Source: Dendrobates tinctorius | Lineage: Eukaryota | Length of the DNA stretch: 64,000 nt | Direction: 5' to 3' | Assembly: GCF_039654945.1 (NCBI RefSeq) | Contig: NW_027361728.1 | Location: 58,590,001-58,654,000 of the forward strand | Shown: piece after piece, positions 63,031 through 64,000 of the stretch | Layout: each line of letters begins with the position of its first letter | How positions within the stretch are numbered: the first letter of the stretch is position 1 | The notes under the pieces: generated by a model | What the model saw: only the letters and a program-made list of their open reading frames with translations | Database searches by the model: none | What the model was told of the DNA's origin: nothing | Position numbers and translations under genes: made by a program

Positions 63031-63404
63031 GCTGAGTGGGGATTACAGTTGGAGAATAATACTGTGATGTGGTCACCATTCTTTGTGGGGGATTGAGGGG
63101 AGGGGTACAGTAGGCTCATCATACCGTGCGTGTGGAGGGTTCTGTGGAGGCATCATATTGTGTTGGGGGGCACTTTTGTTTGCGTCATTCTATATTATTC
63201 ACGTTTTTTTATCGTTTGTTTTTACATATTTAAATTGGGTCATTGGGCCATAATCTTTTTACTGCTCTTACATAACATATTATATAATTCCAATATTTTA
63301 TTCTTACATCCATTAATTAAAATGTACTTTGTTCATGGGACAACCCCATTTAAGTTTGTTTCCATAAGAAAAAGTTAATTGTTATATTTAATGATCATGA
63401 TAAA

Positions 63405-64000
63405 CTTCCTCTGTTGTAGACATTTTTTTAATAAATATCAAGGTTGGCCCTATATGTCTCATAACTGCAGTGTAGATCTTGAGAAATTCATTTATAATGT
63501 TATATGCTAATGATTTCTTCCAGGCTCCGGGGCATGCGGTGCCTGGAACAATTCACTGCCTCCCGACTTCATTATAATGGTACCACCCTCCCTTCAGCGT
63601 CATATTGAGCTGTTCGGCGCTGTAATCCCGTGCATGCGCTGTGCACGTGAACGGTTACACGAACCCAGTCCGCCCTCTTCTGCGCAGGCGCCGGTGAGTC
63701 TTTGTTACTGCGCAGTGACTCACTGTGCCTGTGCAGAATATCAATGCAGACACTGCCCATAGGAGGGTGGACAGAGATCGTGTAACCATGGGCGTGCATA
63801 GCGCATTTGCGGGATTACGACTCCGAACAGGTCATTGTGCCGCAGATGGGAGGGTGGTATCATTATTATGAAGTGAGGAGGCCGTGATTTCTTCCAAGCA
63901 CCGCACGCCCTGGAGCCTGGAAGAAATCATTAACATTAAAGATTATAAAACAATGTCTACACCGCAGCTAGGAGGCATACAGGTAAGACTGGTCTAACCA
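63405..64000. mobile_element. Long-TIR MITE running off the window end
   Basis: 63506-63595 is the inverted complement of 63845-63932. Confidence 0.6.

Noticed and set aside
62215-63096. Repetitive ORFs (PLYCMEH / AIILYG)
   Set aside because: Minisatellite translation

Overview
Vertebrate genomic window, probably an anuran frog (inferred from the repeat content). It holds the complete 18-exon GFM1 gene (mitochondrial elongation factor G1, 748 aa) on the minus strand (CDS 56092->6873). A complete 6-exon latexin (LXN) gene is nested antisense in GFM1 intron 13 (18213->30751, 218 aa). The introns are packed with transposons. Intron 8 carries two young, full-length DIRS1-type tyrosine-recombinase retrotransposons head-to-head. 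Elsewhere are L2 LINE relics, several Tc1/mariner relics, a hATm fragment, a tandem Helitron pair, Harbinger/Kolobok/pogo/piggyBac-type non-autonomous elements, Penelope-type foldbacks with hammerhead ribozyme motifs, and several minisatellites. The most intriguing signals are: (1) both DIRS elements share a 14-nt motif ACTTCAnCATGACT at the gag stop, with the recombinase ORF open in-frame right after the UGA and an AUG-less RT N-terminus in the +1 frame, suggesting a dual recoding switch; (2) both have a candidate spliceosomal intron just before the gag AUG; (3) one DIRS leader has an array of covarying hairpins; (4) small foldback elements carry A3:U8-variant hammerheads; (5) the LXN poly(A) signal appears to be the complement of a GFM1 splice-acceptor tract. 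All calls were made by eye; no database searches were run.
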